DNA of 63,827 nucleotides, counting the filler, from Reticulomyxa filosa (Eukaryota > Protista > Foraminifera), in assembly GCA_000512085.1 (NCBI GenBank). It is 19 parts of 19 records of this genome, joined end to end, with 100 filler letters (N's around TTAATTAATTAA, not from the genome) between each part and the next. Parts side by side here need not be neighbours in the genome. Positions count along the whole stretch, not along the records: positions 34,390 to 37,549 come from ASPP01026717.1; positions 37,650 to 38,870 come from ASPP01010356.1; positions 38,971 to 41,087 come from ASPP01033957.1; positions 41,188 to 45,796 come from ASPP01025906.1; positions 45,897 to 48,099 come from ASPP01016573.1; positions 48,200 to 51,801 come from ASPP01025727.1; 13 more parts are not named here. One strand, 5' to 3'. Position numbers and translations under genes: made by a program. Under the pieces are notes generated by a model that searched no databases, had not been told where the DNA came from, and saw only the letters and a list, made by a program, of their open reading frames with translations. Shown one piece after another: positions 36,172 through 48,219 of this stretch; position 1 is the first letter of the stretch; the number at the start of each line of letters is the position of its first letter.

Positions 36172-37500
36172 ATGTTCGGTGTGCGTCGCATACCATCAAT
36201 CTTGCAATTGCGTGCATGTAATCGTATGTTAGGTTATCGTAACTTCTCACACGGGAAGACAGCATCCAAAGCAAATGAGCACCTAAACTCAGTCCAGGTC
36301 AGCCAACCGCCGTCTCCAAGCTCAGCGCTGTTAAGAGTGGACGTGCGCCGACCAGCAATTGAAGCTGACAAGTTGCGTCAGATAGAAACGCCATATTTGC
36401 TAATGGACCTGGACGATGTGGACACAAATCTGAAGGCAATAAACGACTGGCTTCACACAGCAAACACTCAACAGCAAACACTCAGCAGCAACAAAGCGCA
36501 AAAGCGAATCATAATATACGCATACGTCCTCATTTGAAATTACACAATTGCAGTGCACTGAGTTTTTACCAGATGAAAAAGTACAGCAAATATTGCGACA
36601 GCAAGGTGATGTGTGAGAGAGAGAGCAGTGTATCTAGCGCGGAAGCATTGATGAATAGTGCGACGGGTTTTCGCAGCAACACGCGTATCGAAGAAATTTT
36701 TCCTGACGGATATACTCATTAAGGTGCACAAGATACGTCGCACATTGCAGCTGACGAAGCAGCGTTTCCAAAGCCATCAATTGAAGCAGTCTTTCGTCAG
36801 CGACGACCCATTCCAAATCCACGTGTAAGCCTCGTGTCTGTACCCTCGCTTCACATTGGAAGTACGTATACGTCCAGCAATCCACCAATGCTCGGTTCGA
36901 GTCTCAGCCATTAACATACATATTTTCACATTATTGCATAAAAGAGGACCAAAAAAAAGAAATTTTTTTTTAAATATATGCATGTATATATATATATATA
37001 TTATATATATATATATAATATATATGTATAAATATAGTTGTTATTTGTTTTGTGTGTGAAAAGGTGTGTATATTACATTGAATGACCTGCGCAAAAACGA
37101 GCGAAAGTCCGATAAGCATTCAAGTGGAAAGTGCCGCGGGAAAAACAAAGATAATTGAAATGCAGTTTCTGGTAAATAAATGCAGACAGACTTTGCATTT
37201 GAAAGGATTTGAGCTGCACGGATCAGTGAGGGAAAATGAGAGGGCGATCGAGTGGGCAAAGGCAATTGCGAAAGAGTATTACCATGATTTGATCGATCAA
37301 TTCCAATTCGAAGACTCGGTTAAATATGCTCTCAATGTTGTTGGACGCTGGAAATCAAACACTGAAAACAAAGCCAAATGAACCGACCACTACTCAGGTG
37401 ATTCGCAAATATGTCCCCAATTATTTGCTTCAATGTTCTGCGAATGATCAGAATGAAGAAGATTTGGAGGGAGAAAAGGAGGACGTGGAATGACACTATT
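36172..37500 (+). pseudogene. Disrupted DSD1/D-threonine-aldolase-type PLP enzyme (alanine racemase-like fold)
   Basis: IETPYLLMDLDDVDTNL and, after a frameshift, IRIRPHLKLH (family RPHxKTH with the PLP lysine); later LHLKGFELHG. Frameshifts near 36500 and 36705 lie in homopolymers; TAA at 36826 (may overlap a GTAAGC donor). Confidence 0.65.
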
Positions 37501-37676
37501 GAAAATGATAAAATGGTACTTCTCTTGTGTCAATGACTATGGAATGATTNNNNNNNNNNNNNNNNNNNNNNNNNNNNNNNNNNNNNNNNNNNNTTAATTA
37601 ATTAANNNNNNNNNNNNNNNNNNNNNNNNNNNNNNNNNNNNNNNNNNNNAAAAAAAAAAAAAAAAAAAAACAACAG

Positions 37677-38787
37677 AATATTCGATGCGTACAATAACGT
37701 GTCGAACCACGCGACAGGAGCAGAGGCGGTGATATCGGCAGGGAAGCACTACCAAGCGGCGATAACATTTACGTCGCACTCGGACCCGACGTTGTTCAAC
37801 GTGCGATGGGTGGCGGACATAGCGAAGGAGTTTGGGAAACTGGGAGCACATTCGATCTGCATCAAAGACATGGCAGGGATCGCCTCTCCAGCACTGATGA
37901 AGGCGTGGGTGAGCGAGATCAAAGACGCAGTTCCGGAGTTGCCAGTGGTGATCCACGCGCATTACACAACGGGATTTTCGCCCATTACGTACCTGATGGC
38001 GATCGAGGCAGGCGCGAGCGCCGTGGACTGTGGCATATCCACGCTGAGCGGACGTAGCGGACATCCTGCGATGGAAGTATTCAACCAGGTATTGGCAGAC
38101 TTGGGATATGACTTGGGATGGGATCCTGTGAAAGCCTTGGAAGGCATGAAGGAGACGGCCGACGTCTATCGCGAGTATCATCCCAGATACGAGTTTTGCG
38201 AAATGAAAATGGCCGGAAGCGTGGACTATCGTGTGTTCACCCAAGGCATCCCTGGAGGACAGATTTCGATTATGCGCAACGAGCTGGTGAAAAACAAACT
38301 TGGACACTTGTTCGATAAAGTGATCGAACAGATTCAACGGGTACGTACCCAGGCCGGAGGAGTGGCTCTCGTCACGCCCACCAGTGAACACGTCGCTCGA
38401 CAGGCCATTGTCAACGCCATGAACGGACAGAGCGAAACCACCGACAAGTCACCTTTGTGGCCTGGATACAGCGAAATGCTTCGAGGCGTGATGGGAAAGC
38501 CCCCAGGAGAAATGCAGGTCGATCTGCAACTGCGAGCCCTGCGCGAGTGGACCGATGCCACTGTCAAAAAGCTGCAGGTCACGGATGATGTCAAAAATGC
38601 TGTCTCGCAGAAAGTCAACCAAATTGTAGACTACTTGTGGTCCCTGTCCTTCCCCATTCAAGAAAAACAAATCTTGGACGAACTGGTCCAACGCATTCGA
38701 CAATGTCGCGAGTTAAACGGACGCGATTCCTTCATTGCTAATCAAAAATATCAATTTGATGAACGAATCAAACAATTTGAAAAACAC
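37677..38787 (+). CDS. Pyruvate/oxaloacetate carboxyltransferase domain (OadA/PycB/transcarboxylase-5S-like), internal exon
   Basis: IFDAYN, ICIKDMAG, IHAHYTTG, AIEAGASAVD, IPGGQISIM, LVTPTSE; bounded by a CAG acceptor (37676) and a GT donor (38788). Confidence 0.9.
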
Positions 38788-38970
38788 GTTGCGTTTTGTT
38801 TTTAAATAAAAAAAAAAGGAAGTAGTTTTTTTGATAATCAAATAATAAACAATTTACATATATTATATATNNNNNNNNNNNNNNNNNNNNNNNNNNNNNN
38901 NNNNNNNNNNNNNNTTAATTAATTAANNNNNNNNNNNNNNNNNNNNNNNNNNNNNNNNNNNNNNNNNNNN

Positions 38971-39128
38971 TCTTTTGCGGTTGGTCCGTGTATCAGTTCC
39001 GGAATTGACACTTTCGACGAACTCTCATCACCAGAAACAACTTCATCCGCAGGAGAAGGTAGTTGCGCGTCATCTGCAGCCTGAACAGGAACTTCTAATG
39101 AGTATTCTACTGATACTTCGGTACTCAT
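38971..39128 (-). CDS. 5' end of an unknown gene (acidic/Ser-rich N-terminus), truncated
   Basis: ATG-initiated frame open to the spacer, coding-like composition. Confidence 0.45.
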
Positions 39129-42100
39129 GTGTAAAAAACAAAAAAAATCTTGGTAACCCTTACGTACGTTTTTTTTCTTCCGATACCAACATGCAAAAAA
39201 GTATCCTCGTTGCTGCTTATGCCAATTTTATTTTTGAAAACTATTCACTAAATATTTGTAGTTTTTATATATTGAAAAAGAATTGTAATAGTACTGTCGC
39301 AACAATAAATACAAAAAATATTATAAAATATTCACTGAACAAAACAGAAGTTGGAAAAAGTACCTTTTTGATCTTCGAACCTTTCAAGCACTCCAGATTT
39401 GTCCTTCGTTATTAATTGAAATCCAATTGGAGAGAGGGGATAATGTGCAAGGCACATGAAGACGCGAGTGAAACTGTCCACGCAACGACCAGCGGACAAA
39501 GACAAGCGAACTCGGAGGGCAAGTCAAAAGAACAGAGGGCAAAAGAAAAAGAACGAATGAATCAAGATCCAATCAAGAGGTGAGTGAGCACTATTATCGC
39601 AACCAATGTCCATTTACTACTATTACACATACATATATTTTTTTTTTTTTGATGGGAATAGACTACTTTTTTTTTTGTACAAGTTGTGTGTTTGCAATGT
39701 GTAAGTATGTTCATGGCTGAATAACTGTTTACAGAGCTCCAAGTAATACCACGACAAATGAAGTAGTTTTATGCTATTTCAATTTGCGTGGAATTACTGG
39801 AGGGCGATTGTGGATATATTTTGCACAAAAAAAAGACGGCATGATTGACTTTAATTCATTTATCATTTGATTTGCGCGAGTAATTAAAAAAATAGTGATT
39901 TTTTCATTTTCTCAATGTCATCTATTTTTTCATTTTATAACTACAATCAATCTTTTCATTTTATCACTACCATCCACCTTTTCATAGAAAAAAGAACTAG
40001 CACAAAATCACTTATTTCAAATAAACAAAATAGTACAATGACGTGATAGCGGGCGAGGTCGATGTGTTGATAGAAATACATGGACATTGCGTGCAAAAAC
40101 AAATATCAAAGAAAAATTTGGGTGTTGTTGGAGTGCCAGCAAAAACGACATCATCTTTCGCGATGTAACAATGGCATCTGCAAAAAAAATGTCCAGTTAG
40201 TAACAAAAAAAAAAATTTCTTTTAAACTTATTTTTTTTTTATTAAAAAAAAAGGTTGATTTGATATTTAAAATATAACATAGACAATGACCTGTTCGAAC
40301 AAATGGAATATGTTTCGCTTGTTGAAAATGCGATTCAAAGCGTTGAGCAATTGGTGGAGACGCAAAGACTACAATCAAGAACAAAGGCTTCATGATTGGG
40401 GGCTCAACACTGGAAAATATTGTTGGTAGATATATATGATGAAGCAAATCAATACTTCCAACATTGACAATGCAATTGAATCCTCCAACGTATTCCAATT
40501 GCCAGATGAAAAGGATATTGCCTTTTTTATCTCTTCAGGTGATATCGAACATTATCACCAGAAGTGTTTCGCTCGCGCCAGCGTCAATCCACAGACAAAA
40601 TATTTTTTATGCATCTGCCCGCTCACAACACGCCGTCGACTGTATCTACGACAATTTTTTCAGGTATAAAATGTTCTTTTTTTTTATATATAAGTTATAA
40701 ATTTTTAAAAGTATACATAAATAAAAAAATGTGACATAATGATTTGTGTCTGGTCTGCAATAGGTCCCGCTGTGATAAAAAAAAAGAAGATATGGGGTAG
40801 AAGACCACCCCGTCTCCGAAAGGATAAAACAAGGTTTGCTTTGTTTCTTCTTTTTTTAAACAATAATAATGTGATTTGTGTTTGTAATAGGAATTCCCTC
40901 ACTGCGCCAAAGAATGTTCACCTTTATGCCCACTGTCCCCTTTTATGCACACTATCCAACACACAAAAAACAAACTGGGGTTGAACTCTACCCCGTATGT
41001 GAAAAAATAAATAAAGGTTTGTATGTTATTATGTATTTATGAATAATCCTTTTGCTATACAATGTGATTATGTGTGTACTTGATGTCNNNNNNNNNNNNN
41101 NNNNNNNNNNNNNNNNNNNNNNNNNNNNNNNTTAATTAATTAANNNNNNNNNNNNNNNNNNNNNNNNNNNNNNNNNNNNNNNNNNNNAATGAATTCTTAC
41201 TTTTCTTGAGTAACGACTTTTCTCTTCCAGAAAAAGTCTTCCCTTTTTAGAAAGAGTTCTCTTGGGCATTATGAATGTGGTTTTGATTCTTCTCTCTTCA
41301 AACAACCCAATAAGCCAAACGTATAACATGGAGAGTTCCTTTACCACTGCACTCCTTTGCAAAACTATAACAGCTGCCAAAAAAAAGAAGAAGCTAGTCA
41401 GTGTGAATACAAGATACTCAAGATAACAACATCATTTGAAAAAAGGTCCTGTCATCACGGCCCAAACAAATACGCTTATCTATTGTGACCTCTCCTGACA
41501 TTGGCAATACTCAGACTGATGTTGTAAATCTATCTTCACAATCGAAACGACTATACCAATTTTGTGTTGTTTATTTCAAAAGTGCATAATAAATGAAATT
41601 ATTAATAAAAATCAGATATTCGATCAGATACCCTTCTTTTGTTAATCGATCGAAATTGGTGGCTCATAATAATCAGTACGTAGAACTACAAAAAATCATC
41701 AAACAGTGGAGGGGTCTTGTTACCAAAACTTCTCAATGTTAATGTACGTATTAACTTTTTTTTTGTGAGCACTTTTTTACCTAAAACTTTTTTATTAGAT
41801 CATGTTTTTATGTATTTTTTTTTGTCATTGTATTATGACCAAATAAAGAAACAAGCTAAAAACTAAATTCAAAACATTTCGAATCTAATACTTCAATACT
41901 TTGACTGTCAAAAAAAAAATAATAACAAAGTTATCAATGATCCAATTTGGGTGTTCCTCTTTTTCGGAAGTATCATAAACGGAAAAAGTGTTTGATACCG
42001 ACAACAAAAAAATACCACAGGTAAGTATACAACACAATCAACATATGATACATTATCAAAACATGTACATCTTCAACTTGCTACAATTGCAACAAAACTA

Positions 42101-43002
42101 TAATTTCTGAACATTCCAGGGGTGGAAATCGGATTAACAAACATCATTTTTGTTATCTTTTAAAGCTCTGATCTCTTATCAAAAAAAGCAATTTAAAAAA
42201 AGGATCCTAACAGTGGAGAGAAGTTAACTTGATGAATGTCGACAGAGTTTGCAATTTGTCTTTAAAATCAAGATCCTTCAAAGTAGATTTGACGAAAAAG
42301 GAATCCTTGAAAAGAAAGACATGACATCACAATTGCGACCAGTGGCGGAAACACTACAACGACGGTTGAGTGTGTCAAGACCGCAAAATACTCCAAACAT
42401 TGGACAAGTCACAAAAGGCAATCCCATCACTCATAATTGTCGACGGCACACTTGTAGACAACAATGGCGTGAATCAACCGTCGATAGTGCAAGATCGTAA
42501 AAGAAATTACTGTGATGACGCATACTACTTAATTACTCGTGATTACGTCAGTCTCAGTTTTTTTTTCTTTTCACTTAAGCGCTCTAAATTTGGGTGTATC
42601 CATGAACATATCCATATTGAACAAGCCAACATGTTAGATGGCCGATTGCTCAATTTTTTTAAGGATGGAATTGATATGGTGAAATATGCCAATGGTCATC
42701 GCAGTGAAGTCTTTGAAAAATGAAAAAAAGTCGATGAGCTTTCCGTCAATTGTCACAACATAAATTCTAGATTATTGTTTATTATAAAGTAAAAAAAAAA
42801 AAGTTTGTTTTGAATATTTGGTCGCTCACAATCTAATTAAACATTGCAGAATGTAGGGTACACAGTGTTTTCAAACAAGGCTATATTGAAATAATTATTA
42901 GAAGAAAAAGAGCTGTCTGACGAACTGTTAAATTTTTGTGAGCTTATTCTCCAAATGGCAAAAAAAAAGAAGTTTTAAACAAATACTTTTTCCAATGGAT
43001 TT

Positions 43003-44007
43003 ATGACTCACCAATGACACTGGCTCGCCTTCTATTGAGGTCAATTATTAGTGTCAGCAATGTTTGCCCTTTTTTTTTTTTTTGTTAAAAAATCACTATC
43101 CAAACAAAGCGCATGTTTGTGAATACGAAGTATTGATAGTAGCGTATTAATCTCGACTCAGTAATGTCCCTCCTCGTACAGATGAGAAGACAGAGTGTAC
43201 AGGTGTGGGTCGAAGGATGAAATGTAAAGAGGATAATTAGAGGAAGAGAAAAAGATGGCATGTTTGAAATATGCAAACGAACTTCGACGGTCATAACAAA
43301 TCGATCCCTGCTGTGTCGAATTTTGACGAGTTCAGGAGCGTGCACATGTTCGTCGCTGAACTTGACACATTTATTCGCAATACACGCAATTTTAGCTTGC
43401 TAGCAATGCTAACCGAATTGTTACTCGGATTGAATTGAAACACTTTAATAAAAAAAAAAAACTTGTTCATGTGGTCGTCTTCTGGTGGCTCAGTGACATT
43501 TTTCAAATCTCTTTGAGTGGACAAGGTCCACGACATCATTGCCATTATTCATGACATCCATTTCAAATTTGACAGAGCAATCGATGCATCCTTTTTCACA
43601 TTCGCAGTCTCGTTGGTACTGACTAAAGGAACCGATCCTAACCGATGAGCGATGAACTCGTCGTCTAACACACTGCTGTTTTCGAATATGTCCACAAAGT
43701 CAAACGCCAGGGCTGGCACTTCTGCTATCATCACTCGTCGCAGTGCATTCACGAACGAGGCGTCACAGTCCGTCAATGCCAGCGTTATTGAGTCCTCTTT
43801 CAACTCTTTTATCTCAATTTGCGGTACGCGGTCTGGTGAGATCTTGTTGTGCTTGCTTCCGCTTTGCGATTTTTTGTGCCGATACGAACTCACCGATTTC
43901 CCGCCGTCTGTTATTGAGTCTACATAGGTCGAACGTAGATCGGGAGTATACACATCACTATCTCCATCACCAGAATATAGGCTTTCTGTCCCGATTGGTG
44001 TATTCAT
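43003..44007 (-). pseudogene. RPB3: RNA polymerase II subunit RPB3 pseudogene
   Basis: PQIEIKEL...VNALRRVMIAEVPALAFD...ENSSVLDDEFIAHRLG, then frameshifted DCECEKGCIDCSVKFEMDV. Further frameshifts, an in-frame TAA and an apparent loss of the central KL..GQEL...EHAKW segment; C-terminal LVKIRHSRDRFVMTVE. Confidence 0.85.
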
Positions 44008-44816
44008 TATGCAAGTCCTTTTTTTTTTTAATGGAGAAAGGGGGTTTCTAATAACGAACTTTTAAAGAAAACTCAAAAAAAAAAATCAAAAAGAGAGATT
44101 ACTGAAGTGTTTGTGAAAAAATGACGTTTCTTCTCATTAAAAAAATCTCGTTTTTTTAAAGAAATTTGTGTTGATTGCTATGACATATTATTTCAAAATT
44201 TTATTGGTCAGCTGTAAATCAGTCCCTTTTTAAAAAGAAAAGTTACTTAAGCAATTGCTCGCCCAAAAGAAAAAACGTCATCCATCACTCACTTCATTCC
44301 ATTCAAACAACTTCTTCTCTCTTACAAGCCTCCAATCTTGTTGTTGTAAGTCTCGTTTCGCGCATCAGTCACAAAAAAAAAGGCACAAACATGAACTCAA
44401 ATTTTTCAAATAAACAAACAAATCTCAAATTAAATAAAAAGTAATTTTGTTTCCAGCAAGAAGCAAGACCTTTGAAATAAAACTGTAGTTCGATACAAAA
44501 TGGACTTTTCCTTTATCTCAAAAGGCACGATAAATCGAAGTATTTTACTTGAAATTTAAAAATTAAGGAAACGTCCAATTTCACTTTAATCTACAAAAAC
44601 ATAACTGCAACATTTTTCACATATTTTTCTTATACATTCTGTTGTTTGAAAAACGTAAGATTAGCTCGATATCAATCAACTCAAAAATAATAAAATTGAA
44701 CACCCTAACTAAAAAATTTTATTTTTAAAAAAACTCTAACATCAAAAATACTCTAAAAAACTTAAAGTCCCTTCCTTCTAATTTTTTCAAAACGGTTAAG
44801 TGGAAAAAGTTAAAGC

Positions 44817-45293
44817 ATGGGAAATCAAACAGGAAAAGAAACTCCTGCTGAAACTTCAAGAAAAGAAGGAAAAGAAAGTGACAAAAGAAAAACACAAGAC
44901 GGTCGAATTGCAAGATATTGGAATGACAAAGAAAATGAATCAAAAGTACGTCAAATTAGTGTTCGAGGAGAAGCAGGGAGTGGAAAAAGTGTTTTATCTC
45001 AAAGGATTGCATACTTGTGGAGAAATGATCGAATGTGGAATCATCAATTCCAATATCTATTGCACATCCCTTTGAGAAAAATTATCAATGCTTATCACCA
45101 TATTAATGACAACAGTGATGATCAAAAGAAAGATGAAAGTAATGATGATATTGAATACTTATGGTCAATGATTATCAATGAATTATATATTTCACAATGG
45201 AATTTAAATGATACCAAATGCATTATTAATTCAATGAATGAATTGTTATTATTATTAGATGGATTTGATGAAATTGCAATTGGCAATCAATAA
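44817..45293 (+). pseudogene. Truncated NACHT (STAND) NTPase fragment
   Basis: Walker A ISVRGEAGSGKS, W...FQYLLHIPLRKI, Walker B LLLLLDGFDEI; stop a few codons after Walker B. Confidence 0.85.
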
Positions 45294-45499
45294 TCAACAT
45301 TGAGATATTGCTCGTTATTGTATTGAGCAAGGTGCATATATTGATATCAGAGAGGGTGCTGTCAACTCTCTCATTTTAAGAATTCCTTTTGAAAATATTA
45401 TGAAATTTATTATGAAACATAAAAAGGACAAAAATACTAAAGAATTCAAATGCAATGAAAATGTGTAAATAGATATTAAAGCAACGAACAATATATCCA

Positions 45500-45796
45500 A
45501 TGAAAAGAATTGAATATGCAATTGATTATGTAAAAGATAAATTGATTGATAAAGATGGTGTAATTAAGATCATTGATGAAGAGAATTATGAAATATTATT
45601 GGAAGAAGGTGCAACATTCTTATTGGGAATGAATCAGAAACAATTAAAGGAAATATTAACCAAAAATAATTTATTGTATTGGGCTGCTCGTCGAAATATC
45701 ATATCCATCGAAGCAGAAAATTCAATTAAAAAAAAATTTAATGAAGGATGGAATCCATTCTCATTTTTGACATTTCGAATATTCTTGTTGTTTGAA
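45500..45796 (+). CDS. Helical protein fragment of unknown family, truncated by contig end
   Basis: 99-codon open frame in very AT-rich DNA just downstream of the NACHT fragment. Confidence 0.45.
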
Positions 45797-45896
45797 NNNN
45801 NNNNNNNNNNNNNNNNNNNNNNNNNNNNNNNNNNNNNNNNTTAATTAATTAANNNNNNNNNNNNNNNNNNNNNNNNNNNNNNNNNNNNNNNNNNNN

Positions 45897-45945
<49 letters not shown>
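45897..45945. repeat. (AT)n microsatellite at contig start
   Basis: Uninterrupted alternating AT run. Confidence 0.95.
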
Positions 45946-45949
<4 letters not shown>

Positions 45950-45961
45950 ATATAATAAGAT

Positions 45962-47386
45962 ATGAATGGGTCAATAAGCGAAGAGAGAATAAGTCGTAGT
46001 GTGTCACATAATCTACTCGGCACTGACGATGGGAAAATGGCCAAGTACAGAAGCAAGACCCCCTCGGGCAAGCCTGAAAAAGAGACCCCTTCTGTTGCAA
46101 AACGTTTTGTTTATATTTGTTATATTATGTGTAATGTGTATTATAAATTTTTTTTTTTTTTTTTTTGGAAGATGTTCAGCACATAAAATTGTAATATGAA
46201 ATGGATGACTAGGACAACCAACACAGAAAAACGCCAGTGCAGCGGCGGACAATGCAGACGCAGCGGGCGGTGGCGAACAGCTGGAAGCGCCTGGCAACCT
46301 GGGACGAAGCACGTCCGTGCCGAGCGATGCGTCCAGGACTCACGAATGCGGGACTGTTGTCAAAGAAATGGAGACCGTTCAGAAGGCTGTCAAAAAGCGC
46401 ATCCAAATGCTAAACGAAGCTGTCAGCAATTTGCACAATTCGTTGGAAGATTTGGATGGCACACAATCTGCCGGTATTTATACATATATTGTGCATATAT
46501 GCATGTTGTATATGTGCATGTGTTGAAGTACGTATACAATACAAATGGAATGCATTATCCATACTTTGTGTGTGTGGTGTGTGAACCAACGGAAGCATCG
46601 GTGGAACAAATAAAGCGCGATTTGGAAGAAACAAAGAAATTGCTGAGAGAAAAAGACAATGCTTTGACAAAGTTGCAGCAAAGTTATGACGAGAAGATCA
46701 AACAGTTGGAACTTAAAGAAAAGACATTGGAAGAGAAAGAAAGAGGATTGGACGATGAAGTCAATGATATTACCAGACAAGTTTGTTTAATTTTTGTCTA
46801 TTTTTTTTTTTTTGAAGTTTTTTTTTAAAAAAAAAAAAAAAAAAAGAGTAAAGAGTTAAAAGACCGAAGCGAGTTGCTAATTCGCGAACGTGACGATGTA
46901 AGGAAACAAAAAGAGCACTGGCAATACTTGGTGGACGAACAGAAGCAACGGGCGGAAATGCTTCGTAAGCATCAAGAGGACCTGGACAAGCGTCACCAAG
47001 AAGTGCTGGACTTGCATCGTGGTGTGACGGAAGAGAGGAAGAAACTGCACGACGAAAAGAAGCGCTTTTTGAATGAACGGCAGAAATGGGAAAAAGAAAG
47101 ACACAAACTTTGGAAACGAGACAGTGGCAGTATTCAAGAATTGGCCGCCAAACAAAAAGCTCTAGCCAATGCCGCCTCTTTGGCTGCTTCCAATTCGATT
47201 CCGATGTCCAGTCCGGTCATTGCTGGCCCCTCCTCGAAACCTGTGTCTGGTATTACCAAGTCTCGTCTCAGTGCTGTCGCCAATCAGCCTCTTGACACCT
47301 TGCTCATGATGGGCGGGTCTTTGAAAGACGTCATGTCTATGTCCACTTTACTTGCTGCTGCTGAAACATATTCTGAATATCCGTAA
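45962..47386 (+). CDS. Multi-exon coiled-coil protein, probably 5'-truncated
   Basis: Heptad-rich E/K/L exons (ASVEQIKRDLEETKKLL..., ERDDVRKQKEHWQYLVDEQ...) separated by GT-AG introns. Confidence 0.7.
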
Positions 47387-47929
47387 AGTGAATATGCTGA
47401 TACTATTACCAGTGACACCATCACCAATTTAGAGTCACTAAACATCATCAGCGATGAAGATGATCATAATTTTAAAAATAAGATCCAATTTTGTTTTGTT
47501 CTTGTTGTTGTTTTTTCTTGTGTCATTTTCTTTAAAAAAAAAATAAAATATTATATCATTGTTACTATTGATATATTAATCATAAACTTATACTTTGTAT
47601 AGAATAGATTATCTATTTTGTTGTTGTTGGTGATATTGTATATAATCTTTTTATATTAGTAATTGTTAGTTTTTTTAATAATTGCTATTTTATCATATAT
47701 TTTATATTTTTGAGTTTTTATTTTTTTATCTAGTGCAAACTTTGGTAAAATAAATTTTTCATATTCATATTTTTACTTAAAAATTAAATATCTGCAACTA
47801 ATAATTTATATTTAAAATAAAACATAAAAAAAAAACATTAAATAACATAAAAAACATTAAAAAAATAATTAAAAAAAATTAAAATAAAATAAAAAAACAT
47901 TAAAAAATAATAAAAAAAATATTAAAATT

Positions 47930-48099
47930 GGGGGGAACACTGATTATCCAATAATTGCAAAAGCAACTATTGAATAACCAGTAAGAACCCTGGTCTACGC
48001 TCACTTGTCGGAAAATCCGAACTCCATATCTACTGTAAAAGAAAGTTAAAAACCTTCTAATACAGCAGCTACCCTAGGAAGAGAACTAGGGTAGACTAT
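47930..48099 (-). ncRNA. Candidate structured RNA or repeat terminus with four consecutive hairpins (cut by contig end)
   Basis: Stems 48069-48094 (9 bp perfect), 48030-48068 (8+8 bp), 48008-48020 (5 bp), 47940-47981 (19 bp). All five non-Watson-Crick stem pairs are G-U on the minus strand. T-rich tract follows. Confidence 0.6.
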
Positions 48100-48219
48100 N
48101 NNNNNNNNNNNNNNNNNNNNNNNNNNNNNNNNNNNNNNNNNNNTTAATTAATTAANNNNNNNNNNNNNNNNNNNNNNNNNNNNNNNNNNNNNNNNNNNNA
48201 AAAAAAAAAAAAAAAGGGG

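Noticed and set aside
37594-38391. Long antisense ORFs (also 25760-26290, 53584-54231, 24880-25383)
   Set aside because: They shadow well-supported genes on the opposite strand and carry no motifs of their own.
42237-42960. RPEL-like motif (TLQRRLSVSRP) in short plus-strand ORFs
   Set aside because: Partial match in fragmented frames; not enough evidence.
47815-47929. A-rich AAACATT-like repeats as telomere or poly(A) tail
   Set aside because: Irregular low-complexity sequence with no fixed unit, located internally rather than at the contig end.
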